Positions 28,148 to 38,022 of a DNA stretch of 64,000 nucleotides are shown here, piece after piece. A program made the position numbers and the translations under genes. The DNA comes from an uncultured Fibrobacteraceae bacterium (GTDB lineage Bacteria; Krumholzibacteriota; Krumholzibacteriia; LZORAL124-64-63): assembly GCA_964389015.1 (NCBI GenBank), contig CAYMCR010000008.1:312-64311 (forward strand). The letters run 5' to 3'. Every line of letters starts with the position of its first letter. Position 1 is the first letter of the stretch. The notes under the pieces are model-generated. The model was not told where the DNA came from. It made no database searches and was given only the letters and a program-made list of their open reading frames with translations.

Positions 28148-28369
28148 GCTTGAACGGATACATACTCCTAACGGCATGCAAAAGGCGCTGGAGGTGGGCG
28201 GCTCTCCCGCTGGGCGTCTGAAGGAGTCCGCAGCCAAGGAGGGCGGAGGGCTCCGAATGCCGAGCGAGCAGACGACAGGAAGTCGTCTGCGAGCGCCCCG
28301 CCGGGAGAGCCGACCGCCTCCATCACCGCTCTCCCTGGCATGCCGTCAGGAGCATGTATCCGTTCAAGC
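28148..28369. repeat. 220-bp nested imperfect palindrome (about 70-nt arms around a 75-nt core with its own hairpin) in the aroA/MATE divergent intergenic region
   Basis: Arm 28148-28217 (gcttgaacggatacatactcctaacggcatgc ... ggcggctctcccgctgggcg) is the reverse complement of arm 28293-28369 (cgccccgccgggagagccg ... gcatgccgtcaggagcatgtatccgttcaagc). Only a few mismatches, several of them G-U compatible. The inner hairpin is gacgacaggaagtcgtc. Confidence 0.7.
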
Positions 28370-28413
28370 AACGCTTGTCTCACCCGGAGTCCGCACCCTA
28401 TCTTGCGTGAATC

Positions 28414-29820
28414 ATGAACGAAGCGACCCGCAGTCCCCTGAACCTGCTGCGCATCCACCACGGACGCGAGATCGTCGCGCTGGCCACGCCCATCGTGATG
28501 ACCACGCTTTCGATGACGCTCATGTGGACGGTGGACACGATCTTCCTGGGCCACTTCTCGAGCCTGGCTCTCGGTGCGGCGGGCCTGGGCGGTATTCTGA
28601 CCTGGGCCGCCTACAGCCTGTTCAACAACCTCAGCCGGATCAGCAACACCTTCGTCGCCCAGGCCCACGGCAAGGGCGACGACGAAACCGTCGGGCACTA
28701 CACCTGGCAAACGGTCTATCTTTCGTTGATCACGGGGACGCTGCTCACCGTTGCCGGCTACTACAGCTACGAGTTCCTGCCTCTGATCAAGAATCCGCCC
28801 GCGGTAACGGATGCCACCTACGTCTACATCAAGTGGCGCACCATGAGCGCGGTGTTCACCCAGGTGCTCTTCGCCCTCACCGGCTACTTCCAGGGCCGAC
28901 GCGACGTGCGCACGCCCATGTGGGCCGGCATCTTCGCCAACGCGCTCAACGCCGTGCTCGACGCCTGGTTGATCTTCGGCTGGTCGGGCCTGGAGCTGGG
29001 CGGCGCGCAGCTGCTTGCGATGCCCGCCATGGGCGTCAAGGGCGCAGCCATCGCCACGAGCATCGGCACCACCGTCAACGCGCTGATCCTGATCGTGGCG
29101 GCCGTCCTGCCCCGCGAGCACCGCCGACGCTACCGCATACACGTGCCCCGGCGCCTCGATCCGCGTGTCGTGCTGGAGATCGTGCGTGTCGGACAGCCCT
29201 CGGCGCTGGAGGGATTCGTGGACATGAGTTCCTTCGCGGTCTTCACGTCCTTGATCGGGCGGGCGGGCGCCGTGCCGCTGGCCGCCAGCCAGATCACCAT
29301 CCAGCTGCTCTCGTTCTCCTTCATGCCCATGTGGGGGCTGACGACCGCCGGCTCGGTCCTGACGGGCAACGAGGTAGGCGCCGGACGGCCGGACCGGGCG
29401 GCCTCGTACGGCCGGCAGGTCTACAAGCTGGGCATCTACTACAGCCTGGTCCTGGTCGCCATCTACCTGGTCGCGCGCGGGCACATGTTCCGGATCTTCA
29501 CCGACGATCCGGCCGTACTCGTCTTCGCGGGCACGCTGGTGGTGATCGCCGCCGGGTTCCAGTTCGCCGACGGCATGCGCATGGTCGGCAGCGGCATCCT
29601 GACCGGCGCCGGCGACACCCGCCCCGTCATGCTGGTCACCATGTTCATCATGTGGGGACTGTTCCTGCCCATGACCTGGTACCTGATCGTGCAGCAGGGC
29701 GGCGACGTCACCACCGCCTGGCTGGGCGGCTCGGTCTGCTACCTGCTCCAGGCAGTCGCCCTGTGGGGACGCTTCCAGTCGGGCCGCTGGCAACAGGTGC
29801 GCATCTTCCGCCGGGACTGA
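28414..29820 (+). CDS. MATE family efflux transporter (NorM-like)
   Basis: 468 aa with 12 predicted TM helices and the typical MATE N-terminal region (ALATPIVMTTLSMTLMWTVDTIFLGH). The overlapping long ORFs in other frames are GC artefacts. Confidence 0.88.
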   Translation: MNEATRSPLNLLRIHHGREIVALATPIVMTTLSMTLMWTVDTIFLGHFSSLALGAAGLGGILTWAAYSLFNNLSRISNTFVAQAHGKGDDETVGHYTWQTVYLSLITGTLLTVAGYYSYEFLPLIKNPPAVTDATYVYIKWRTMSAVFTQVLFALTGYFQGRRDVRTPMWAGIFANALNAVLDAWLIFGWSGLELGGAQLLAMPAMGVKGAAIATSIGTTVNALILIVAAVLPREHRRRYRIHVPRRLDPRVVLEIVRVGQPSALEGFVDMSSFAVFTSLIGRAGAVPLAASQITIQLLSFSFMPMWGLTTAGSVLTGNEVGAGRPDRAASYGRQVYKLGIYYSLVLVAIYLVARGHMFRIFTDDPAVLVFAGTLVVIAAGFQFADGMRMVGSGILTGAGDTRPVMLVTMFIMWGLFLPMTWYLIVQQGGDVTTAWLGGSVCYLLQAVALWGRFQSGRWQQVRIFRRD

Positions 29821-29892
29821 CGCCGCGGCCGGCGTGACGAAGCCCCGGGATATCCCGGGGCTCCGCCTCTCTTGCCCGAATGCTACAGGTAC

Positions 29893-31014
29893 TCAGCGAT
29901 AGATACTCTTGACGCTGCCCCAGTCCAGATCGGCGTTGGACATTGGCGCGTCGATCGTGATCGTGACCAGGCTGCAGGAGCCCGAATCGAAGCCGTCCAC
30001 GAAGAGATAGTACCAGCCGTCGGCGGGTATGACCCATTCGGGATCGCCGTCGGGTGGGATGTGCTCGTAGCCATCCCCGATCGTGTCGTCGGAGCCGATC
30101 ACACAGGTACCGGTCGGGTCGATGCAATTGGTCGCCACCCACAGCGAGGCGTCGTGGCTGCCCTGCATCGACACGATGAAGGGATCGCCCTGCAGCAGGT
30201 GGATCTTGTAGACCACGTCCCGGCCCTCGGAGGGATAGCCCGTACAGGCGTTGCCCATTTCGCCGGCGGTGTAGTCGTCGGTGGCCGGGCACAGGTCGAT
30301 CTCGAAGACCGCCAGGCCCTGCTCTCGCAGGTCGATGGCGTTTTCGCAGAGGTTATTGGCCGGGGGCGGCGGCGGTGGCGGCGGATCGTAGCCGGTGCCG
30401 TCGTCGACCATCACGGCGTCCAGGTAGTGGGAGTTGGCGTTGAAGCCCACGTAGCGGAAGGCGATCTCCACGGTCTGACCGTCGTAGAGGGACAAGTCCA
30501 CGAAGTACTTCTCGAACACGTAATGACCGCCGCCGCCGGCAGTCGAATCCCAGTCGAAGACGACAATGCCGTTGATTTCCACGGTCTCGACAGCGTCGTC
30601 GGCCCACTCGGTCTCGCGGTCGCCGGCCATCCAGAAGCTCAGCACGTATTCGTCGCCGGCCACGTCGACCGTCTGCATGAAGGAGATCGATTCGTCCTGG
30701 GAGATCGTTTCGCTCCATCTGATGTAAGCGGCGAAGTCGCCCTCGAGGCTACCACCGTCGATCGCCAGCTGCTGCCAGGTCTCGTCGCTGTTGGTGATGG
30801 CGGCCCAACCGCTCGGAGGCACGGCCACCTCGAAGCCCTCGAAGTAGGCGCGGGGACCGAACGCCGGACCGTGCAGTCGGTTCATCATCCCGAACGTCTG
30901 GCCGTCGGTGCGCTGCTGGTCCTTCGCGACGACCCCCGACGCCGCCAACGCGACCAGCAGTAACACGACCATCCATGATCCTGTCCTCATATCCATCCCT
31001 TTCGCCCGAGACAA
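29893..31014 (-). CDS. secreted protein: N-terminal choice-of-anchor-J-like domain, poly-Pro linker, C-terminal Cys-containing module ending WGSVKSIYR
   Basis: Signal peptide. FEGFEVAVPPSGWAAITNSD resembles the start of the choice-of-anchor J domain. PPPPPPPP linker. The C-terminal ~130 aa is homologous to the C-termini of the 31481..32473 and 44799..45371 products. Confidence 0.65.
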   Translation of the reverse strand: MSRAKGMDMRTGSWMVVLLLVALAASGVVAKDQQRTDGQTFGMMNRLHGPAFGPRAYFEGFEVAVPPSGWAAITNSDETWQQLAIDGGSLEGDFAAYIRWSETISQDESISFMQTVDVAGDEYVLSFWMAGDRETEWADDAVETVEINGIVVFDWDSTAGGGGHYVFEKYFVDLSLYDGQTVEIAFRYVGFNANSHYLDAVMVDDGTGYDPPPPPPPPANNLCENAIDLREQGLAVFEIDLCPATDDYTAGEMGNACTGYPSEGRDVVYKIHLLQGDPFIVSMQGSHDASLWVATNCIDPTGTCVIGSDDTIGDGYEHIPPDGDPEWVIPADGWYYLFVDGFDSGSCSLVTITIDAPMSNADLDWGSVKSIYR

Positions 31015-31416
31015 TCAACGTGACGCGTCGATACACGCGACCCGTCTCCTTGATAACCTGTATCCCATTATTATCGGCATGAGAATTGATAATTTTACAA
31101 GATTCTGCGATTAATAGCCCTGCAAGTGGCTCCCAAAACCGCCTCCGCCAGATATGCCAATATATGACAACATGTTACAAAGAGCCGCCACGTAGCTGGG
31201 CCACCACTTATATTGCACAGTACCGCCCGGATTGTCCATGGCGGCGGAGCCGCCGGGCCGAGCCATCACAACATCCACTGGTCAGGCCAACTATTCAGCT
31301 TACGGTCCCGCCATCAGGGTCCGTAGAGGACTTGCACCTTCAAGTCATCGACCGGACGCCATATCCAGCCGAACGGTGCTTACACACCACGCGCCATGCC
31401 TGGCGCACAAAGAAAG

Positions 31417-31443
31417 AGGCCCCGGAAGAATCCGGGGCCCCTC
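31417..31443 (-). terminator. rho-independent terminator of the 31481..32473 gene
   Basis: Minus-strand gaggggccccggattcttccggggcctc (11-bp GC stem) is followed by tttctttgtg. Confidence 0.6.
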
Positions 31444-31480
31444 GGTTACGACCGGTGGACCGGTCGATCAGGCTTTCAGG

Positions 31481-32473
31481 CTAGCGCCACAGGGCCTTGA
31501 CCTCACCCATGGTCATCGCCTCGTTGGCGATGGCACCATCACCCGATGTGAAATTGAGTTCGTAGGTGCCGCAGCAGTCATCATAGGCGTCGATGACCAG
31601 GTAGAACAGGGCATCCACACCCGTGTCGTTCGTGAACGGCATGTTCTCGAACGTGTCCGGGTACACGGCGTCCATGTAGCCGACGCAGTTGACGGGCTCC
31701 AAGCAGGCGTCCATCACGCGCAGACTGGCGTCGCAAGTGTGAATGACATCAGCCTGGAAGGTCGAGCCGGCGGGCATGAACACGCCGTAGTAGTCTTCCT
31801 GACCGTCGGACAGGTACTGGGTCGGGGTCGGCGGAATGATCACACACGTGCCGGCCGGAGTGTTGTACCCGTCGCAGGTGTCGCCAACGAAGATGCCGGT
31901 GCCGGTAACATCGATGACGTCCGCACAGAAGTCGAACGGGATGTACAGCCACGCACTGAAGCTGGCATCGAAGAAGAAGTCGCCGAAGCCATACTCGCCG
32001 TCGAGCCACATCCAGATCTCGCCATCCCAGCCACCGGTACCGGTCACGGAACCGCCGGAATCCAAGGTGCCCCAGGAAAGGCCCTCAACAAATTCCTCGC
32101 CGCAGCCTGTCGTGGAGTAGAACCAGTCGACATAGCCACCCGCGGGGTGGACCCAGGTGAAGTTCCAATCCCAGCCATCAGCGCTGGCGGGGAACGTGTA
32201 ATGGAAGACGACCTCGCCGCCGGTCCAGATAAAGTAGCTGGCACCAAAGTAGTCATCCACGTTGCCGACCGCCGGCATGTACATGAACGGGTTGCTGTAG
32301 GGATTGGTCAGTTCGGTCAGGCCACTGCAGTCCAGAGCGCCGCGAGAGTTGGACGCCTGGGGATTCTTGATCTCCTTGGTCCCCTTCTGCGCTTCGATCG
32401 TAGCAGCGAAAGCCACTCCGGTCATCATCGCAACAACCGCTACCACGGCCATCAGCTTCATCAAGTTACGCAT
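31481..32473 (-). CDS. secreted protein with the shared C-terminal Cys-containing module (ends MGEVKALWR)
   Basis: Start at MRNLMKLMAVVAVVAMMTGVAFA (signal peptide). The C-terminal block YLVIDAYDDCCGTYEL ... GEVKALWR aligns with YLFVDGFDSGSCSL ... WGSVKSIYR of 29893..31014. The upstream 27 codons of the ORF are unlikely to be translated. Confidence 0.65.
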   Translation of the reverse strand: MRNLMKLMAVVAVVAMMTGVAFAATIEAQKGTKEIKNPQASNSRGALDCSGLTELTNPYSNPFMYMPAVGNVDDYFGASYFIWTGGEVVFHYTFPASADGWDWNFTWVHPAGGYVDWFYSTTGCGEEFVEGLSWGTLDSGGSVTGTGGWDGEIWMWLDGEYGFGDFFFDASFSAWLYIPFDFCADVIDVTGTGIFVGDTCDGYNTPAGTCVIIPPTPTQYLSDGQEDYYGVFMPAGSTFQADVIHTCDASLRVMDACLEPVNCVGYMDAVYPDTFENMPFTNDTGVDALFYLVIDAYDDCCGTYELNFTSGDGAIANEAMTMGEVKALWR

Positions 32474-32767
32474 GAACGTTCCCCCTTGCATGGGTTGGGT
32501 GGAAGTGCGAGCCTCCCCGTCATGGGGAAAACTCTCAGAAACCTTGAGCTCCATGCCCTACCATCAAAAATTTGTGATGGTTTTGGCCTCTTGAGTGCTA
32601 CAACTCTAACATATTTCTGCAACACAATGCAATAGCATAATCCAGAAATGACAGTTTTTTTTGTTCTCATTAGACAGTATTGCAATCAATAAAGTTACGA
32701 TATCGTTGTTGAAGAAGAAAACCAATACGGTGTAAAAGGGTCGTTGATCAGAAATACCCGCGAGTGA

Positions 32768-34633
32768 TCAAAACGTGAGAGCCATGGTCGCCGTGATTAC
32801 CCGACCGGGCATAAGTACGCCGGGAACCTCCTCGTAGGCACGATCGAAGAGGTTGGTGGCGTCTAGGTTGAACCGCCATGCGGCATACGACCAGGTGGCT
32901 CTCAGATCGGCGACCAGGTGTCCGCCACTATCGGCGCGCTCCCGGTATCGCGCCTGGGGCGTCAAGCACAGACGTCGCAGAACGGACACGGTGGCACCGG
33001 CCGACAACAGGTGACGGGGCGCCAGGAAATCGTACTTGGCCACGTGATCGGCGGGCAGGCTGCGATCGCGGCTCAGATAGGTGTGGTTAAGGTAGACGAT
33101 ATTGCCGCGGGGGGTCTCCAGCCGATAGGTCTGGGTCCAGCCCCGAACCTCTCCGGTGGCGATGTTCATGACGCGCCAGGGCTCAGCGACGGCAGCGGTG
33201 GGCCGCGCCCAGTCGATCAGGTCGTGCTCGTAGCGCGTGAAGTACTCCCAGACCACCGTCCAGGGCCCGCGGCGCACTTCGCCGCCCATGTCCCACGACC
33301 AACCGCGTTCCGGCGACAGGGCGGGATCACCCCGGTTGGCGGGATCCTCGTAATGGAGTTCGGTGAAGGTCGGCACGCGGAAGACAGTGCCCGACGAGGC
33401 CCGCAGCAGGACGCCGCCGCCCAGCTCGAGACTCGCGGCCGCCGACCGCGAAAAGGTGGGCTCGAGGATGGACCAGGCGTCCAGCCGGGCGCCCAGGCTC
33501 CAGCGCAGGGGCAGGTGACGACCCGAGACCTCCCATGACGCGGATGCCCGCCGGCGCTCGTGATCGCCCAGGGCCGGTCCCGCCGTTCCCCCGCGGATGC
33601 CGTCGCTGCGGATGTCCTCGTACACGGCCTCGGTTCCGGTGGCCAAGGCGAGACCGTGGCCCAGTTCGACCAGCAGCCGTGTCTCGGCCGCGGCGCGGCG
33701 CGTCACGTGGTCGTTTCGATAGAGGTCGGGATCATCCCTGATAAGAGTGAAGCGGTCGCGATGGCGGCGGCCGCCGAGCCGTTGCTCGAGAACGACTGCA
33801 TCGGAGAGATCGGCGCGCAGCTTGATGCCGGCGAACAGGGTCTGCGTGTGTTCGAACGACGGAAAGGGCGCGTAGAAGTCCAGGGCGCCGAACTCGCGGT
33901 TTGCGTATCCGGCCAGCAGATCCAGCTCGCCCCAACCCGTGCGGCCGGTGGCGTGCGTGGAAGCGTGCCAATGTTCGACGTCGGTGTCGACGCGGTCTCC
34001 GTCGGTGCGGAACCAGCCGCCCGAGAGCCAGGCCCGACCGTCCAGGCCCAGGCCGGTGACGGCGCCGCTCTCCAGCCGGCCGTCGGCGTAACGCGTCCCG
34101 GCGTCGCCGCCCCCGAGCGCGAGCGCGCCGCCCCGGGTCGGGGCCGGAGCGCGGGGCATCACGTTGACCACGCCGCCGAAGGCGTTGGCCCCGTACAGGG
34201 CGGAGCCGTGGCCCCGGAGAACCTCCAGACGCGCCACGTCCGCCAGACCGAGAGGCAGATCGAGGTTGTGGTGGCCGGTCTGGGAATCGCCCACATCCCA
34301 GCCGTCGAGCAGCACCTGCACCTGCTCGAAAGAGGAACCGCGGATACTCAGGTCGGCCTGCGTGCCGTACTGCTGGCGCTGGTTCACCTCGACGGCGGGC
34401 AGGGTGGCGAGCAGTTCCGCGGCCGAGCGGACGGGCGCGGCGGCGGCGGGATCGGCCGCGGCCACTGGACGCAGGAGGCCGGGCAGAGCCGTCGGCACAC
34501 GCGAGCCGAGAACGATCACGGGCTCGGTGAGCCAGACGGTATCGCCGTCGGCGACGACGAAACGTTCGGCCCGGACACCGCCGGCGAAAGCCACGCACGC
34601 CAGCGTCAACAACATGCAAGACGGTCTCATCAT
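32768..34633 (-). CDS. TonB-dependent outer-membrane receptor (small, BtuB-like size)
   Basis: Signal peptide, a plug domain (TLPAVEVNQRQQYGTQADLSIRGSSFEQVQVLLDG), a beta-barrel, and a C-terminal aromatic residue (..MALTF). Confidence 0.88.
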   Translation of the reverse strand: MMRPSCMLLTLACVAFAGGVRAERFVVADGDTVWLTEPVIVLGSRVPTALPGLLRPVAAADPAAAAPVRSAAELLATLPAVEVNQRQQYGTQADLSIRGSSFEQVQVLLDGWDVGDSQTGHHNLDLPLGLADVARLEVLRGHGSALYGANAFGGVVNVMPRAPAPTRGGALALGGGDAGTRYADGRLESGAVTGLGLDGRAWLSGGWFRTDGDRVDTDVEHWHASTHATGRTGWGELDLLAGYANREFGALDFYAPFPSFEHTQTLFAGIKLRADLSDAVVLEQRLGGRRHRDRFTLIRDDPDLYRNDHVTRRAAAETRLLVELGHGLALATGTEAVYEDIRSDGIRGGTAGPALGDHERRRASASWEVSGRHLPLRWSLGARLDAWSILEPTFSRSAAASLELGGGVLLRASSGTVFRVPTFTELHYEDPANRGDPALSPERGWSWDMGGEVRRGPWTVVWEYFTRYEHDLIDWARPTAAVAEPWRVMNIATGEVRGWTQTYRLETPRGNIVYLNHTYLSRDRSLPADHVAKYDFLAPRHLLSAGATVSVLRRLCLTPQARYRERADSGGHLVADLRATWSYAAWRFNLDATNLFDRAYEEVPGVLMPGRVITATMALTF

Positions 34634-34642
34634 CGGACTACC

Positions 34643-36169
34643 TCAATGGGCCGCGGCCTTGCCCTTGGGCTTGGCGTGCCAGACACGGGTGGCCAGGATC
34701 AGCCCCAGGGCCGCCAGCGGCACCATGGCGATGGGCCAGGCCTTCCAGTTAGCCGGATCAGTGGCCGGACCGATGATCTGACCCGCGGCATCCAGCTGCT
34801 CCTTGGGCAGCACGATGGCGTAGGTGAAGGACATCACCCCGGTGCCCAGGTACACGAAGCCGTCGATGATGCCCACGGCGATGCCCGTGTTCTTCGACCC
34901 GCCGAAGTCCATGCTGGCGGTGCCCGACAGCATGCCGTGCACGCCGATCACGGCCATGGACATGATCAGCACCAGCCAGCCCACGTAGGGTTGCTGGTAG
35001 GTGAAGACCAGCATCAGCGAGCCCACCAGCATCGTGCCGTAGAGGAAAGCCGCCACGGGGCCTCGCCGCGACTGGAAGAGATGGTCGCTGATGGTGCCCG
35101 CCACCACGCCGCCCAGGATACCGGCGATGCAGAGCATCAGGCCCCAGTTCTCGTAGACGAAGCTGCTCTTGAGTCCGAGCAGCGTGTCGGTCTGCTTGGC
35201 GAAGGTGCGGAACCACTGCATGATCGCCTGGCGCAGGAAGCCGCTGCAGAACTCGATCAACGCGATGGTGACGATGATGGGGTTGGTCATCATCATCTTG
35301 AAGACCGTGACCGCGCTCTTGCGCGGCCCCTCGTCGCCAGAGGTGGCGTCGGCCGTGTTGAAGTCCTCCTGCCCCGCCTCGCTGGGCTTGTTGCGCACCA
35401 CGAAGAAGTCGATGATCCAGAAGAGCGTCAGCAACAACGCCGGCATCAGGAAGACCCAGGCCAGGCCCATGTCCTGCAGGATCATGTAGCCCAGATCAAA
35501 GGCGAAGTAGATGCCCAATGAGATCAGGATGCCGAAGATGGCCCCGAAGACGCCGCGTTCGCGCACGTGGAACCACGACGAGTTCACCTTGACGATGGCC
35601 ACCGCGCCGAAGCTCTGGAAGTACATGTTCACGGCGTAGAGGATCGAGAAGACCATCACGAAGTTGGTCGCGAGGAAGCCGGAGGCGGGGCCGTCGTGCA
35701 GCAGTGAGAGCGACGCCAGGCCCATCAGGGCGTTGGCGACCGCCGCACCCGCGGCGCCGATCAGGATGGCGAAGCGCCCGCCCAGCTTGTCGGTCAGCGG
35801 CCCGTTGATCAGGAAGGAGAAGCCGTAGACGATGGTGCCCACGCCGAAGATCACACCAAAAGCCTCGTTGCCCATCATGGCGCCGCCGTCGCCGCCGGAT
35901 AGGTTCTCGAAGGCGAACTTGCTCACCTTGAGGTTGTAGCGCCCCATATAAAGGAAGGCGTAGGTGAGCCCCAGGGGCAGCCAGTTCATGACGCGGCGCC
36001 GCTTGAAATCCTTGTCGTGCCCCACTTCGACCGTCGGCAGGCGGTAGAAGACGAAGACCACCACAATCAGCAGCAGCAGCACTGGCGTGAATTTCTCCAG
36101 CCAGTCGGGGGCGATGTCGTAGTAGGTGTCCGAGATGAAGCGCAGGGCATCCATGATGCGGTCGAGCAT
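34643..36169 (-). CDS. MFS transporter
   Basis: 508 aa with 12-14 TM helices and MFS signature loops. Confidence 0.8.
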   Translation of the reverse strand: MLDRIMDALRFISDTYYDIAPDWLEKFTPVLLLLIVVVFVFYRLPTVEVGHDKDFKRRRVMNWLPLGLTYAFLYMGRYNLKVSKFAFENLSGGDGGAMMGNEAFGVIFGVGTIVYGFSFLINGPLTDKLGGRFAILIGAAGAAVANALMGLASLSLLHDGPASGFLATNFVMVFSILYAVNMYFQSFGAVAIVKVNSSWFHVRERGVFGAIFGILISLGIYFAFDLGYMILQDMGLAWVFLMPALLLTLFWIIDFFVVRNKPSEAGQEDFNTADATSGDEGPRKSAVTVFKMMMTNPIIVTIALIEFCSGFLRQAIMQWFRTFAKQTDTLLGLKSSFVYENWGLMLCIAGILGGVVAGTISDHLFQSRRGPVAAFLYGTMLVGSLMLVFTYQQPYVGWLVLIMSMAVIGVHGMLSGTASMDFGGSKNTGIAVGIIDGFVYLGTGVMSFTYAIVLPKEQLDAAGQIIGPATDPANWKAWPIAMVPLAALGLILATRVWHAKPKGKAAAH

Positions 36170-36271
36170 GTCTTCGTTCTCCTGGTCTCCGCCGAAATGA
36201 CGGGGCTGCGTTCAAGATGCGACCGGCTGTTCACGATACGCGTTTCCCGTCTCGCGATCCAGCCGGAATTC

Positions 36272-36916
36272 TCAGCGTATGCCGTGTTCTTCCTTGTAAG
36301 CCGCCCAGTTCTCCTTGAGCTGCTCGAAAGCCTCGAGATCCGGACAGAGCAGGAAGGGATTATGGACGCGTTCGTAGGCCAGGGTCGAGTGCGGCATCTC
36401 CCCCTCGCCGCCGTAATAGTCGTGACCGGGGAGCACCACGCTATCGCCGGACAGCTCGAGGATACGGTGCAGGGACGTCCATTCCGCCGCGGCCGAGGAA
36501 CCGGGGAAGAACGGGCCGGTGCCGCCCACCTTGCCACAGAAGAGCAGGTCCCCGGTGGCCAGGAAGTCCGCGAATAACCAGCAGAGGTGATCCGGCGCGT
36601 GTCCGGGCGTTTCGAGGACGACCAGGTCTTGCGTGCCCAGGCGGCACGATGCCGTGGCGACGGTCGCACCCGTCAGAGCCGCGAGGCGATCGAGGCCGCC
36701 CACGTGGTCCGCGTGACCGTGGGTGATCAGGATGTACTTGAGTTCGAGTCCCGCCTCACGCACGGCGGCGGCCAACTCGTCGGGCCCGTAACCGGGATCC
36801 ACGACCGCCGCCTCGCCGCTGGCGCGGTCGCCGAAGATGTAGCTGAAATTACGGTCTCCCCCCAGCTGCAGCTGCTGCACGATGACGTCGCCGCGCGACA
36901 AGTCGTTGATGATCAT
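36272..36916 (-). CDS. MBL-fold metallo-hydrolase (hydroxyacylglutathione hydrolase-like)
   Basis: Start at MIINDLSRGDV. THGHADHVGG (HxHxDH) motif. The upstream 339 codons of the ORF are a GC artefact overlapping the next gene. Confidence 0.82.
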   Translation of the reverse strand: MIINDLSRGDVIVQQLQLGGDRNFSYIFGDRASGEAAVVDPGYGPDELAAAVREAGLELKYILITHGHADHVGGLDRLAALTGATVATASCRLGTQDLVVLETPGHAPDHLCWLFADFLATGDLLFCGKVGGTGPFFPGSSAAAEWTSLHRILELSGDSVVLPGHDYYGGEGEMPHSTLAYERVHNPFLLCPDLEAFEQLKENWAAYKEEHGIR

Positions 36917-36936
36917 GCCCTGGTCTTCCTCCCGTT

Positions 36937-38022
36937 TCAGATGCCCACGATCAGGCCCAGGGACACGCCGACCCAGACATCGCGGTCTTCGGCGGTGAAC
37001 ATGGCCCCCGTGTCCGGATTCTCCAGCAGCGAGGCTTCCGCCCCGTAGAACTCGTAGCGCACGCTCAGGTCGAGCAGCCTGGGCTTGGCGCCGCGGGCGC
37101 CCAGGCGCCATTGCACACCGAAGCGGGCCGCGCCGCCCCAGTCTGAAAATTCGCGTACAAACGACCCGCTCTCGTAGACATCGAGATAGCTGTAGTAGAG
37201 GGTGCCGCCCCAGCGCAGGGAGCGCATGTAGTAGCCGCCGGCCAGCCCCAGGTAGACGTCGGTTTCCGCGGCCAGAGGCGCGCGCAGCTGGACGCCCAGC
37301 TCGAGCGCGTAGTGGGCGGACTTGCCGTTGCCGGTGAGCTCTTCGAAGTCGTCCTGCAGATCGCCGATGCCCACCTGGAAGCCGATGGTGGGCACGAACC
37401 AGTCGCGCAACGGATAGCCCACGGCCACGCCCAGTAGCAACATGTCGGTGAAGTAGTCGCCGAAACGCGTAGTGCTGTGCTTGTAGCCAACGTCGACCAG
37501 AGTCACCCAGTCGGCGGCGGACAGGGGAAGCGTGGTATCGGGCGGGGCGGGCAACGGCGGCGGCGCCTCGCCCAGGTCCGGCAGGCACGCTTCGGGCCAG
37601 AGGGCAGCTGCGCCCGGGACCGGCGGCGCTCCCTCGCCGTCGACCGGCACGCCGCGGTCGAGGCAGTCCCGCCAGGACTCCCACACCGAGTACGGCACGT
37701 TGCGCTCGCGCAGTCGCGGGCCGTCGGGGCCGTCGAGATGGAGTCGGGCGACATAACCGCCGGTCGGTGCGATGCGAAAGACGACGAGGCGCAGTTCGGG
37801 CACGTCGGGGAACAGTCCCCAGCGAAGAGCTTCGTCGCGACTGAGGGTGTCGCCCACCGCCTCGTGCAAGATCACCGGTTCTGCTGCCTGGACCGCGGAC
37901 GCTGGCGCGCAGAAGACGATCAGCGAAGCACATGGCACCAACGCCGCGACAAGAATCGCGCGTACCTGCCGTTTCACCGTCGTGAATCCCATGAGCTGCT
38001 CCCCTACCGGAATCTGCCGCAC
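36937..38022 (-). CDS. secreted / outer-membrane protein of unknown function (beta-rich C-terminal half)
   Basis: Signal peptide (VAALVPCASLIVFCAPASAVQA). The C-terminal half has alternating hydrophobic/aromatic beta-strand-like periodicity. It is the first gene of the operon that ends in the TonB-dependent receptor. The true start may be M11 (37992). Confidence 0.5.
   Translation of the reverse strand: MRQIPVGEQLMGFTTVKRQVRAILVAALVPCASLIVFCAPASAVQAAEPVILHEAVGDTLSRDEALRWGLFPDVPELRLVVFRIAPTGGYVARLHLDGPDGPRLRERNVPYSVWESWRDCLDRGVPVDGEGAPPVPGAAALWPEACLPDLGEAPPPLPAPPDTTLPLSAADWVTLVDVGYKHSTTRFGDYFTDMLLLGVAVGYPLRDWFVPTIGFQVGIGDLQDDFEELTGNGKSAHYALELGVQLRAPLAAETDVYLGLAGGYYMRSLRWGGTLYYSYLDVYESGSFVREFSDWGGAARFGVQWRLGARGAKPRLLDLSVRYEFYGAEASLLENPDTGAMFTAEDRDVWVGVSLGLIVGI

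Noticed and set aside
28074-28413. Fluoride or guanidine riboswitch upstream of the MATE transporter
   Set aside because: Only a partial AACCGC...ACTCCTAAC resemblance to the crcB motif. The conserved GGCGATG 5' element is absent. The region is better explained by the long nested palindrome reported above.
36170-36271. Possible cobalamin riboswitch upstream of the MFS/TonB-receptor genes (BtuB-sized receptor)
   Set aside because: No B12-box-like GCCACTG core or the conserved paired regions were seen in this leader or in 38023-38109. The receptor family cannot be assigned to B12 from sequence alone.
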